Below are positions 51,341 to 64,000 of a stretch of DNA of 64,000 bases, piece after piece. A program made the position numbers and the translations under genes. The stretch lies in contig JAUZTB010000127.1 of NCBI GenBank assembly GCA_034780895.1, positions 27,467,021-27,531,020 on the forward strand, written 5' to 3'. This DNA is from Rhynchobatus australiae. Its lineage: Eukaryota. The notes below the pieces were generated by a model. The model saw only the letters and a program-made list of their open reading frames with translations. It was not told the origin of the DNA and did not search any database. Position 1 is the stretch's first letter. Every line of letters starts with the position of its first letter.

Positions 51341-54300
51341 AACTTATTTTCCCCCTTCCTTTCTGTTCTTAATGGAAAAACGCTGCTATATTTTAAAATG
51401 TAGAAAATCAATGTATTGCATCCCATCATGTTGTAATTAAATGCAACGCCTACTCCGTGGATTCTTTGTGTACCAAGGAATCTTAAGACAATTGGTTATA
51501 TTAAGCACGGCGTGTATTTTTTTTCTTTTTCCTGGTTTTGTTCAGTGTGTGACTCATTGTTTAGTACACTGGGATGCAACAGAAGCTGTAATGTGATTAG
51601 GTATGTATAACAATAAATCATCCGGTTAATAACGAGCTGTAGATGTGCATGTGTCTTTGTGTGTTAGTGGTGTTCGTGATTGGATCGACAAACGGGATTG
51701 TAATTTATTTTTAAACTTCTCATTTCTGTTCAATAACCGAGATACGGCTGTCTATCTGATGTTTTAATTGATCTCCTAAATGCGTCATGTGTGTGTAGTT
51801 GACAAGTTGAACCGTGGCTGTGTGATTTCATGTTTTAATACATATAAAATAATAATATTGTCGGGTCAGATGGGAGCCATGTTTGAGGAATGGATAATGA
51901 AGGGCAAACAGCAGCCTGCAAGGTTACCCGGCTATATTTATTGTGCTATATGTTTTCTATACAGCGACTTGGTTGAGAGTTCGACCTTGAGTTGAAGGCT
52001 TTTTTTTTAATACTTGCTAAACGAAGGCACAGTAAATAGCACGGCTTACGTGACAAACGTTCGGTGGCGAGTTACAGTTTGCTGGCAAATGTATTCTCCG
52101 CTTCCCTGGCAGACATTAATAACACGTGGCAGGGCGCTGGAGTTAGAAAGATATGTGGCGATTGCAAAAAAGGGGGGAAAAGAGCCCCTTTAATCCAGTT
52201 TACACAGTGTATTCTATTTCTCTCTGTGCAATACCCTACAAATAACTTTCACGTTTATATATGGATCTTTTTAACAGAAAATTACGGCCCTACAGGCAAA
52301 TTCAAAGCCGTTGCTTGGCAAAGATTACAGACAGCACAAAATTAATAGGGGGTGGAAAGTGCTGGNNNNNNNNNNNNNNNNNNNNNNNNNNNNNNNNNGC
52401 CCCCCCCCCCCTCCCACCCCACAACCCGAGCACCGAAGAAAAAGCTGGTTGGAGGATTAACGCCATTGAATCAATATTTGGGAAAGCAGCTCAGGCGGCG
52501 AGAGCAGGGGCCCCAACTCTCCAGTTTTTACAGCGCCTTGAGGGTTTTTACAAAGGGGGAATGCGGAGACTTCGCCAAACGAATTAATGGACTTTCTCTG
52601 CACGCAACTCACCACCCCCTTTCCGTCCAACCATTCCCAAGCACACAGTGAATCGCTCTAAAACTGAAATGGGGGATCAGAAAGGTGGAGCAAAGAGGAA
52701 CTTAGATTTCAGCCACTCGGTTTCTTCCCCGAATGTCTCAAACGGACATTTGTGATCATGCTGAAATGGGACGTCCTGCTTCTAACATGTGAAATGTTTA
52801 ACTTTCGATGTTTGATGCATAGGGGGAAGTTCTTTGTGAATTGGCTGTAAACTGTGTATTTTGCCCTGCGTCTTGTTCTTTGGAATCATAACTGCTGGTT
52901 GGAGTGGCCCTCACAGCGTTGTGTGAAGAGATCGCTCTCTGAAAAAAAAATGTACATTAAGATCCAGAAGAAGGGCGCAGGGTCATTTTTACGATATAAG
53001 TTTTTATTTCATCCGATCCATGTTCTGCCATGGTTAAAAAGTAATGTAGTTACTGACAGCCCACGAGTTAGTTGATGAATTTTTGAACGCCAACGAAAGA
53101 TTACATGTTAGAAAAGGGGCGCCACGGCTTAAAAAAGATTAAATGGTTGAAATAGAAAACATTGGCAATTTTGGCAAACCTTTATCAAATCCGAGGGTGA
53201 TTTAAAAATAAATACAGTCCGCGGCATTTTCCTTTTTAAGAAGTAAAGGAGTGATTCTCATACTTGAGCAAAACCAGTGTCCTTGGCGCCAGCAAGTCAA
53301 AGCACACATAAATAAAAATTAATATGTACCTACAATTTTCGATTGAGCTGATATAGCCGTGTCACTTCCAAAAGCCCTGTGTAAACAGAGGTAATGATTC
53401 CCAAGATATTGCCCACAAGGACTGAACCTCAGTCCAATATATTATATTCATAGAATGGTTGCTTGATTTGATTCGAGTAGTTGATGCTTGCTATAAAACA
53501 TCATGGAAGGGAAGGGTGTTGATTTAGAGAAGGTAATCTTGATACCGCAGCGTACGTTGTTCTAAAAGGTTGGAAGCACGAAAATGGATGTAANNNNNNN
53601 NNNNNNNNNNNNNNNNNNNNNNNNNNNNNNNNNNNNNNNNNNNNNNNNNNNNNNNNNNNNNNNNNNNNNNNNNNNNNNNNNNNNNNNNNNNNNNNNNNNN
53701 NNNNNNNNNNNNNNNNNNNNNNNNNNNNNNNNNNNNNNNNNNNNNNNNNNNNNNNNNNNNNNNNNNNNNNNNNNNNNNNNNNNNNNNNNNNNNNNNNNNN
53801 NNNNNNNNNNNNNNNNNNNNNCTGCTCTCGGTCCCTGTATGTCAATCAACATAGTTTTTGATAATCTCTCCATCTATAGTATACTTTGGTTTCTCTGCCG
53901 ATCGTATAGAATAAAACTTGTGAGGCCTTCTGATAGCAATTCTAAGAGAAAGGCTTATAATTAGGATCCACATCGGACAGTGAAATGTCCTGCACAACAG
54001 AGTCGGATTCCAAAACCATGTTCCCACCACATACATTTCAGCTTTTAAAGCGCGACTGCCATTTTTTTCCTGATGAACTTTGTTGGGTTATTAATGAACC
54101 CGTTCAGCTTTTGATTTGAGAAGCTGAAAACCGAATTCACGAAAGTAAAAATCTTCCCGAACTTTGCAGCCAGATTGAATCCGGCTGTCTCTTTGTACGA
54201 ATGGAGGTTGGGGTGTATGTATTCAGTAACCTTGGGCTGCAATCGATAATGTCTACTTTGCACCGTTTATATTTGCCAGGGTAAACGTAATATTTTCTCC

Positions 54301-56344
54301 CTATGTGCGAGTGTGTGCACGCTCATTGATTTAAATCAGTTAATTTCCCCGGATATTTGCATTGCAAACAGTTCTTCACAAAGCGCGAGATCAGAGGTGC
54401 AGTGGCGGCAATAAATCTCGCCGGACTGACCACAGTAAATTATGTCAGGGCGTTGCTCTTTTTTTCAACCCATTTATTTGTCACCGTCCAGACCCTGTAC
54501 AATCGATCTGAATTAAAACACTGACCGCGTGCTTACATCCTTCAGCATATTTGGGGGAAAGACGCGATTAGACGAAGGCGAATTAAAAGCAGAATGTGAG
54601 CATTCGGTTGCTAAAATAAATCTAACGCTGCGCAACGATAATGTTGTACAATAATTAACAAGCTGCCCGCTCCATAGTACGCGCCGGTGTCAATTCAGAG
54701 CGGACTGCAAAGTATACCATTTGTGTTTCACACTCTTGGAAAACTTAATGTCCTGAGACTAAGTCATGAGTTACAACATGACCACATTGTAAAACACAGC
54801 AGCCGTACCACTGTAACGTTACTGTAATGTTACATTGCGATATCAGAAATGGCCTATCTGCAGCTCCCAGAGCAACCGGAGAGAACTGGTTGAAGCTATC
54901 TGCAGATAAGGATGCTATTGTGGTTGTCCTTTCACATTCAACTGAAGGGGGAGGGGTTGACAAAACGAGGCGTGTTTTAAACCTTACTTCTTTTAAGTCA
55001 ATAAAACGAAGCGACGCATTGAGATAATGAAATGATTCAGCGGTCAACAAATCAGCTTTTGACACAATTCTTTCTGTATCTTGTTTCGACGTTTCTGTGA
55101 CTTCGGTTACAGCTGAAGTAGGGGGACTGCTGCGGCTTTAGCGAACTCACCTGAACTTCAGTAAAACGGGAAAAGGATGCTTCTATAAACAACAACTACG
55201 CCGGCATCATCTTAGGATGACAAGGACATTGGCGCACACAGCTTCAAACATTTCATTGCGCGTTTTAAGCTCTTTAATAAACACGTGCGACAGCTGACTC
55301 CCCTTCTGGTGAAAGCGCATTATATTTGTTTTACTAGTCAACGGTCAAATAATTGGAAAACAATAACTGCGCATCAGTGACCACAGTAAGAAAAAAGCCC
55401 CGAAATACTTAAGGCAAACTTGACTGGGTTATAGTTTGTGTTCTCTCAAGTGAGGCCTGGATGTTGACCATATCTGTAATATCCCTCGGTTAAAGTGATG
55501 TTCGCAATGCAATTACTAAATAAAGAACATCACAGTTAAACAACCCATTTGTTTCAGGAGGTTTGTTGCTGGGTATAGTGTGCTCACTTTCGTTCCGAGT
55601 ATTATGGGCTACAATAAGTGGAACTTAAGCTTTTCTTTTATAAAATAATCTGCAACGAGGAAATAAACTTTACTGGATTGTCATGTAATGCACCACGAAT
55701 GCCCTTTAACCCTTAAACAATTGGATTTTAGAACTGCCAACAATATTTGATGTAAGTAGGAAATGTCACGTTAAGAAACATTTTCTAGCACAATTACATA
55801 AAGATTTATAAAAAATTTTTAAAAAGCTTCTCAAAGTCCAATATACGTGGCGACGTGTCGAGGGAAATTCTATCTAAAGGAGCCCCAGTGGGGAGAAAAG
55901 AACATTTTACATTAGAACAGCATGATTCTTCAAGCAAACACACTGAAAATCGAAAGAACTTGGATCAATATGTCTCCGCCTTAGAACGGCAGAATAGAAG
56001 AACGTGAAGTCATAGTCATTAGATATGAGGTTTCGACAGCTAACTTATCTACATGAATCACCTTTATGTTCTTTGGTCTGCCAGTGGAGCCAAATAAGCA
56101 GCAAGATAAACAAAGTGCACACTGTTTGCTGTTACTATTTCAGCTGAAAGCGAGTGCTGCGAGTTTCGCATTAGACCAGGACTGTGATTAGCGATTCCTT
56201 GAGTGGAAGTATGCCTCACCGGAGAGTACGTGTGGACTGCTTTCACTGCTGTTGTTTTGGCATCGAACATAAACACGCAATTATTTTCATTAACTCCGCC
56301 GTAAATCTGGAATTCCAAAATCTCTTTTGTGCAAACAAAAATGG

Positions 56345-56345
<1 letters not shown>

Positions 56346-56387
<42 letters not shown>

Positions 56388-56408
56388 TGTGTGTGCGTGC
56401 GTGCGCGT
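56346..56408. repeat. (TG)n microsatellite grading into (TGCG)n; alternating purine-pyrimidine
   Basis: Directly visible. Confidence 0.95.
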
Positions 56409-59400
56409 TTAGGGTGGGGGAAGGGGTGGAGCGGTAGAAATAGGAGGCTGAAGATTAGGGGGGATTTGAGAGCAGGATTTGGAGAACAAAAAACGTTCCT
56501 TTCTGCCACAAGATTAAACTTGGCTGTCCAGAAAATGAACTGATAAATATACAAACACGATTCAATGCAATCATACACCTTGATATTCTCGTGTTAGTGT
56601 TATCCGTTGCGTTAAAGTTAGCGAGCCAGCCAAATCAATCTCCAAGGAGAGCTGGCAGATATCCTTCCTAGCTGTTCCAGAAAACGGGATTTCCAAGGCC
56701 ATTGCCCCATTATCTTTATACCCATCACTGGGGCTTATATAAAGTTTCTAAAACACCTCAGCCCAAATTCTACCTATGATTTTCCATGTTGTAAAGCATA
56801 TTCTCCAAACTCATTAGACAATGATTGCAAGTTAACTAGACTGTGGGTAGGATTTTAACTACAGACGTTGCAAATATATCGCTGGTTAGTTAAACCTTTT
56901 ACTAGTGCAATGAGCTATTGATTTCTACACACAACACTCTCTCCCCTCTTTTATTACACTTCTTTATAAGATCTTGCGGAACATCATGCAAATAAAACAC
57001 AAGGAAATGAAAACACTTTAAAATATACGTTTCTTTCCTAATACGTTCTACCATAAATTTATGTAAAGGTCTTTACTGACGTCCTGTTTGTTCAGAGGGG
57101 CAATTTGCTTGGTCTCTGAGTTGCTCGTCAATTCATTTTGATAAAAACTACACTAAAATGTCCAAATGCAACTGCACAGCCAAAGACGAGGCACCGAGTG
57201 AATGACAGACGGTGCACATTGATCACACTGGTAAATTCCAGGTCCACAGGCGGATATTATCTTTAGAGCTGGTGCAGCATGTTACAAAAACCTCAATTCA
57301 CTCGGATCTGGTCATTTGCTGCCATTTCAGATTTCAATAGCCCTGGCCAATCGTTAACGGAACTCAACCCCAAACGCTCGCCTCTTTATTAATGTGGTAA
57401 CTTCAGTGATCCCATTCTATCAATTTGCTGACGACCACATTAAACCAAACCGAACAGTTACTAAAAATTTCTGGTGCTCTAAATTGCCCATGTCAGATGG
57501 TTGTGAAGGTAGCAGTGTTGCTTCTTTTTCTACAGCACAGTCGCTTTTACTTCTGCACATACACTGTAGTTTCTTTAGGGTCTCCGTCTGCTTTCTGTGT
57601 TAGGATAAGGATGAAGCAGCTGTCGGATACACAGAATACCCTTTAATCCCGGGATCATAAATCAGAGCATCCAACTCGAGAACCGGGAAAGAGAGTTTCA
57701 CAAACAATTTAAAAAAAATGATTCAAGGGTGGTGCTTGGTGGCTGCGGAGAAGGGGAAGGAGACTGAGGTTAGAGAATCTAATCTTGATAAACGTCCGAG
57801 GTATTCAATAAATCTGATCAGTGTGTGGCGGGGACCTGACTGAGGGCGAGTTTTACCTCAGATGCTTCCTCCCTTCATTGGAAATGCGAGCCAACATCTG
57901 AAATCGGAAAACAAACAAGCTCTCCTAGAGCCACTGGCTTCCTATAAAATAACTTCTTGTGAGTTTACAGAGAATGGTGGATAGCGGGGCTTTTTTCAGT
58001 GCCTGCCTCTGGTACAAATCCTGACATGGAGTTAGAGGGCTTGTTAGAACATGCAGGCGAAAACCTTAATATCCACTGCAAGCATTTTATATTCACAGTA
58101 CAGGGTTTCTTCTATGTCTCCTTTTGGATTCAGAGGTTCTATTTGTGTGTTTGTTTCTTTATAACCCACTAACCTGACATACCGGGAACCAACAAACGGT
58201 ACCTTGTCTCCTACGTATTTAAATACCCGCGATCATTTCATACAGAGTAGCATTCTTGTATCTTTTTAAGGTCATTTACATGTGAGCGCTGCAGCTATGG
58301 TGCATTTTAGTCAGAGCCACCAGTTGATTCGGAAGCCTGAGAAACTGACGCGAAATTGACAAGAGTAGACTGTTGTGAATAACGAGCTTTACGTGTCTGA
58401 TTTTTCTGCATAATCACAATATTTACAGGTAATCCCTGCGCATCCGGATTCTTTGTTCAAATATCAATAGTAACCAATAGACTTGAAAATACATAGACAA
58501 GTGAATGATCTGATAGAATATATTTCCCATGACATGGGAGGAGAATACATCTAAGAGAACAGGACACTACATTAAATAATATACACATCGGGAACGGCAA
58601 ATACAGTCTTCTAACAAAATATTAAGCACTAGAAGATGGTTTATACCTTCTAAAGTAAAAGGCTCTTAAAATAGTATTTTAACCTAAAGTTATGTTATGT
58701 ATACATTGATAAATAGTACAAGGCTTTTGAAAAGGTCCATCTTGACAAAGTTGTAACGTAACAAAAAAATCCAAACGCGAATTCTTGTGTATTTATTATT
58801 TCCTCCACGCTGTCTCTGTCTGCGTCGTTTGATTTATTACAGGGGATAAAAGGAACTTTGCATGCTGGTACAAAACTGTGCCTCATCTGTTTCCTAATGA
58901 GTGTCCGATATCAGCTGCTCCTTGCGAATGAATCATGTGGAAGAAGGAAAAACCGAATGTGGAGGGAATGAGAGGGAAGGACAGAGAGATAACAAGATAG
59001 GAGACGATAATCAACCAGCTCTGGGGAATAAATAGTGTGGGAGAATTAAAATGGGAACAAGGAGAGAAAGAAAGACTAATTGAATGGCACAGGGGAAGAG
59101 AAGCAAAAGAGTGAATAAAGAGGGAAGGGGCGATGTAACAAGACACGGGAGCAGTCCAAGTTATATCACTCAACACATGGAAAGCGACTGAAGCAAGAAA
59201 GGCGAGTTTATCTGCACTTTCCATCTTTGTTCGCTTTTCCTGTGAGATTCGTTTTAACGCTTTGCCGACTTTTGTTGTCTCAAGCCATTCCTTCGCGCTC
59301 TTTCTCATGGTTTTATAAACCTGCTGAATATTGCAAAATTTCCAAGAGGACACATGCAGCAGTAAAATTGCCGATTATCTTTTTTTAAAAAATGATCACG

Positions 59401-61968
59401 AGTAAAGTATAGCAGAGTCTATATGGAATGGTTCTACCGAACGAGCAAAAAGGACATCTCTGTCTAATGTGACTACCCCTCCCCCATTGCTGCCTGAAAT
59501 CCGCATAAGCGCATTCTGACATTTAGTATGCCATTCTTTTCTGTGTACTGTATCTAGACCGGAGTATGTGATTCCTAATGTATGGATTACCACACAATCC
59601 ACAGAGCAAATGTAGCCAGCATTTACGACACAAAGACATTTTCTCAGTAAAACTTTGCTATACTATACTTATTACTTGCTCTCTTCAGCACCAGTACATC
59701 AGTCCGGTTACCTGGTGAGGCATTTAATTGTACTTAATATCTACACGTATACTGAAGGCCAATATGGTGGTGACATCGATGACCCGAGGTGATCCTCGGT
59801 CTTTTTATGTCACGAAAATCGATCTATATTTAAATTAATCCCATAAAAGGAAAATTATAGATGTGAAGAATTCAGGCACTCATACAAGAATGTGGAACGC
59901 TTATAAATATTTTTCCCATTTGATTAATTAACAGATTTTTTCTATTTTTAATTAACTAATTCCCCCCCCCCCCCACCACCCCATCTCCATATTGTCAAAG
60001 GTTTCAGGAGAAGAAGGCAAACAGGTTCAGTAAATGTAGACTCATGCCTTGTGTGACAGAGCACGTGTGATCACTATTTGGAGCGCCTTTCAGCTGAAAG
60101 AATATTCCCTAGAAGAGGAAAAACGCATTTAATAGCAAATGGGTAATCACTTTGTTGGACTGGATTTATATTACCCTGTGCAAATATCACATAGGAAAAT
60201 AAAATCACAGTTGTGCGTCTGGTCATTGTTAGGTGCTTAGACTGTTCTAAAACGTTGTATTTTTTAATGACTTGAGCTCCAGGAAATCTGAAGCTATATT
60301 TGCATTTCAGACTAACACCCTCTAAATTTACGTTTCTTTCCCCCCAAAAAGTCAATAACTAATTTATTTAAATAGCAGAGAGCCGGGAGAAAGGAGAGAG
60401 AATGGGGCTGAAAAGGAAAAGAAACAATTTCCATTTAGGTGGCTTGCTGCAATTAGTCTCCATTCTCATTTTACCAGTGGCATAAAGTCTTTAGACCAAC
60501 CCAGTAATATAGGTGTGGAACTGACAGTTCTAAAGTAAGTAACAGAAATTGATGCTGATAATGTTTATGTGAAACATCTAATCTGATTTTAACCCAAAGG
60601 TTCTGACGTAAATCGGTTTATTATTTATGTGCAATACTTTCAGCTGAATAACATAGAACGGATAAATGATCAGAATTCATTAGGGATTAATTACGCTTTG
60701 AACCATTGGTGACATCAGATTCCAGAGTGATACATTTAAAGGTATTGTCGTTCTGAGTGCATATGAATTTTGCTTCGGAATATCAACACTGGCGTGTCAA
60801 CATAAAGCTCTTTCTATCTTACAAAATGAAGTGAAATTATGGTAATAAACGAGATGATATTATCGATGCTAAAAGATTCCCTGTAAATAGTTGAGATTTC
60901 TGGTCTTATTAGGACAATCTGTGATGTAATAGGATTTAAAGGTCTTTGCTGACCGGGAATGAGTGCTGAGCGGGATTCTGCCATAATTTCTGAAAGTGCT
61001 AATACTGGCGATATAAGAATATTATTAGTGACTATACGATAACAACGTGCCAATACAGATTATATAACAATAAAGCGTTAACATAATTACATAGCAACAA
61101 GATACCAATCTTAACTACATGGTATGGAAGTGAACAAGACACCCATCGTTGTTATGCAAAAAAACTGACACTATTTTTCTGGTTGAGAAAAAAGTAAAGA
61201 TACACAAAAGGAATAAAATATTAATTTACAATGTTTATCCACAGTACTTTAATAACGCCAATTGCTGGCAAGAAGACGTACATTTTGAATAATTTAGGAA
61301 TGTGAAGTCCTAGTACAGATAGAAAATTGATTCATGGAGTGCCCTGGGACTTGGTAAAGATCTAGATCGTCTACCGTTACTTCAGCTCCGCGTTAAGGAC
61401 ATTTCTTTCAGACTGTCCCAGAGTGCAAGTCAGACGTAGTGACCCATAATACAGAAGTACAGAGGCGAAGGACAGCAGTCGTAGGTTCTCCATTTGACAT
61501 CATTGGAGAATATTTGACAGGAGTTGAAGGGGAAGAAGAATAATGAACAATCAAAAAAAAATTACTGGCAAGTGTACACCGTGTGATTCTGTAACAAGAG
61601 TACAATGTAAGGCAAATCGTGTAATACAAATTTGAGTAAGTTTCACAAATCTCTCTCATTTTTCTAGATTAAAAATACTGTGTGTTAAAATTCTTGGATT
61701 CTAATTCTTTAATGCTGATAAAGCACGAATTTCGAACTTTGGATCCGATTTTTTTTCAACAATAAGGCCTGACAACCTTTCGTCACGATCACGCCAACTT
61801 GTCAATTTTCTTCCTAAACTTTATTTTTTCCAGCGTTCTATTTACCGACCGTTTTCCATCAGATCGGCTGAATTTAAATACAAGAATTTGGCCTGACATT
61901 GACAGTCCACAATTGGAAATGAGCCTATATGTTACCGACCCCTCCCTCTCCCCCTCCCCCGCCCTTTA

Positions 61969-61993
61969 ACACACACACACACACACACACACA
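61969..61993. repeat. (AC)n microsatellite
   Basis: Directly visible. Confidence 0.95.
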
Positions 61994-62309
61994 AATGGTC
62001 CGCTAATACTAGCATTGCGAATGAATACCTGCACCGTGCCAATTGTCCGCCGTTTGGAAGTTTAAAACACGTCTGTGAATCTTTGTCATTCCCTTTTCAA
62101 AGATTGAAAATGAATTTAAATATAAATAGCCCCATTAACAAGCAGTCTGGGAAGTCTACAAAGAGAATAATTCGGGCTGGGTCAAACGGTGCCGGATGCC
62201 AACAGTCCCGTCTTTATTTCCGGAGGGGGGGGGGAACAGACCAGAGGAAGGCGGGGGTCACAAGAGTCGTTAGTTTAGTTAATGTGTACCGAGTCAATCG
62301 TTTGATTAA

Positions 62310-62481
62310 AGAAACAAAGGACTGCAGATGCTGGAATCGGAATGAAAACCACGATGATGCTGGAGGGACTTAGCAGGCCAGGCAGCGTCCGTGGAGAAAA
62401 GCAGGCGGTCCGAAACGTTGACCTGCTTTTCTCCGCAGATACTGCTTGGTCTGCTGAGTTCCTCCAACATCACCGTATTTT
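62310..62481. mobile_element. 172-bp palindromic Penelope-end element with a 16-bp flanking direct repeat
   Basis: gatgctggagggacttagcaggccaggcagcgtccgtggagaaaagcagg pairs with cctgcttttctccgcagatactgcttggtctgctgagttcctccaacatc. TCAATCGTTTGATTAA at 62294-62309 and 62482-62497. Confidence 0.8.
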
Positions 62482-63819
62482 TCAATCGTTTGATTAACGT
62501 GTTTACCGAGTCAGCGGCTTACAATTCGATCACTGTATGTAAAAATAAAATCACCCGTAATTCTGCCTACGTAATTCAGCCAGTTAACATGTTCCGAAAA
62601 TAGAGAGCAGATGCTAGAAACCTGAAATTAGAAAAAAAACAGGAAACGCTGGAAACAGTCAGCATTTGTGGGAAAAGAAAGAGGTAAGATTTCAGGTCCA
62701 AGTCAGAATGTGCACCGAGACATTCGGGAAACATAAACTAAATCAATGCTCCGGTTCACAGGCTGAGAAAGTTTTTCAATGGAAAAAAAAGGAACTGATG
62801 TTTTTTTGGCGTTTTGGGTTTCTCGTACTGCCTGTCCTCTTTTTAAAAAAAACTTTTGAAAGGAGGAAATTATTATTGAGAATCCCCCGCTGCAATAAAC
62901 TGCACCACACATAACCTTGCAAAGCACGCGATGCTGGGAATGTGGCCGATTACAGCCGACGCTTTGAACGACAGATGTGAAGACTTTATTACAGGCCACG
63001 GGATCGAGGTCACCATCGACTTGTAAATACATGCTGCATTCATTTCTTCCCATCCCCCACCCTCTCGCCCTCTCCTAAAAGTATCTGGCTTTAAAAATTG
63101 TGGCGAGTCTAACGAGATGAAGGAAGAAGCGGAGGAGTTTGGGATTTCATTTCCATTGCAGAATTGCAACGCTCAATCAAGCTTCAGTGAGTTTTGGCCC
63201 GATTCCAACCTCTGCTAAACCCAGACAGGGAATGGAGGGGGGTGCTGAAGGCAAAGGGTAAACTATTTGAAACAGCCAAAGCGGATCTCACGTCTATAGA
63301 ACGATCTTACACCAAGGTTGTTTTTCAAACGCTGCTGCATTTTAACCAGCCTCCCAACGCTTGCCCGGGCGGTAATGTCACACGAAACACTACACGATAC
63401 GCACAAAAGCTGTTTTTTAAAGCCTCTCTGTGCCCCTCTTAGTCCTCTGAGACTTTTTTTTTTGCAAACCTAAAACCCATTTTGTGTCACGTTGACTGTT
63501 GAATTGATCAGGGAGCGGAATGCCCTCCAAACGCGCACAATTGGGTTTCTTTCCGGCAGCGTCGAAAGAATGGAGCGCCTGTGGAAACACAGCAACAGTC
63601 AGTCTCTCCCCGCGAAACACTCACACTATACTCACTGGGGCACATGCGGTTTAGTTGGACGCCTATAGAAGGCAGGAAAGGAGATTAAAGTTTAACTGCG
63701 AAACACAGTGGCGATTAGAATGGAGCAACTGCTCTGTTGCTTTTTTTGTTTGTTTGTTTGACTTTTCCTACGAAATGCACAAGATCGGAGCAGCGATAAC
63801 TGCGCAGAAATGGAACTCA

Positions 63820-64000
63820 AAAGCAGACGGTGAGCATGTGGCTGGTGACGACGCTCGGGCACTGTTCGCCGTCTGAATCCCCGTTGCCCCTGATAGGAGG
63901 CCCCGGGCTCTCTGGTGTCGCTCCCAGCCGAGTCTGGAGCGCCGCGGCACGAAAATCAATGGAATCGCCAGCCCGTGGTCACATGTCCCCGGGGAGGGCC
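63820..64000. promoter_or_regulatory. Left edge of a GC-rich CpG island
   Basis: GC and CpG content rise sharply at the window end (gacgacgctcggg...gagcgccgcggcacg...ccccggggagggcc). Confidence 0.55.

Larger units (their letters stand above)
38400..64000. promoter_or_regulatory. Broad CpG-retaining domain (non-methylated island / methylation valley-like) around the TNRC18 promoter
   Basis: Hand counts: about 3 CpG in 16021-16620 versus about 31 CpG in 54181-54780. Few recognisable transposon remnants between about 44 and 62 kb. Confidence 0.75.

Noticed and set aside
53501-53964. ORFs containing long X runs
   Set aside because: Artefacts of translating through N gaps (also at 34403-34723 and 52261-52651).
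59781-59801. Small hairpin ccgagg-tgat-cctcgg as a terminator or pre-miRNA
   Set aside because: A 6-bp stem is expected by chance and too short for a pre-miRNA; intrinsic terminators do not apply to vertebrate DNA.
1-64000. CRISPR array, operon or defence-type system
   Set aside because: Eukaryotic intronic and promoter DNA; no regularly spaced repeats and no gene-dense coding.

Overview
Vertebrate genomic DNA. The repeat families (V-SINE, Deu-type SINE, CR1, L2, RTE, Rex1-like, L1 and palindromic Penelope-end elements) point to a cartilaginous fish, probably a batoid; this is an inference. The only host coding sequence I can support is the first coding exon of TNRC18 on the minus strand: exon 48733-48403, ATG at 48604, peptide MDGRDFGHHRTVHVPSPLLTGLGMEAHRVG...LPPGKY...HS, phase-1 donor. 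A probable non-coding first exon ends at 50498, and a CCAAT/PBX-MEIS-rich promoter lies at about 50660-50810. Positions 1-48402 are probably one large intron, since I could not find the next TNRC18 coding exon in the window. About 1-38400 is CpG-depleted and full of decayed transposons, including a dead Harbinger transposase and several nested insertions with readable target-site duplications. About 38400-64000 is a CpG-retaining, repeat-poor domain of more than 25 kb. Almost all ORFs in the supplied track are spurious. There is no prokaryotic-type system, CRISPR array, rRNA or intact tRNA. The best leads are regulatory: the broad unmethylated-like domain, uORFs and a candidate 13-nt microexon in the TNRC18 leader, and short Penelope-derived insertions carrying hammerhead-ribozyme remnants. 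Family assignments come from remembered consensus sequences, not database searches, and repeat boundaries are approximate.
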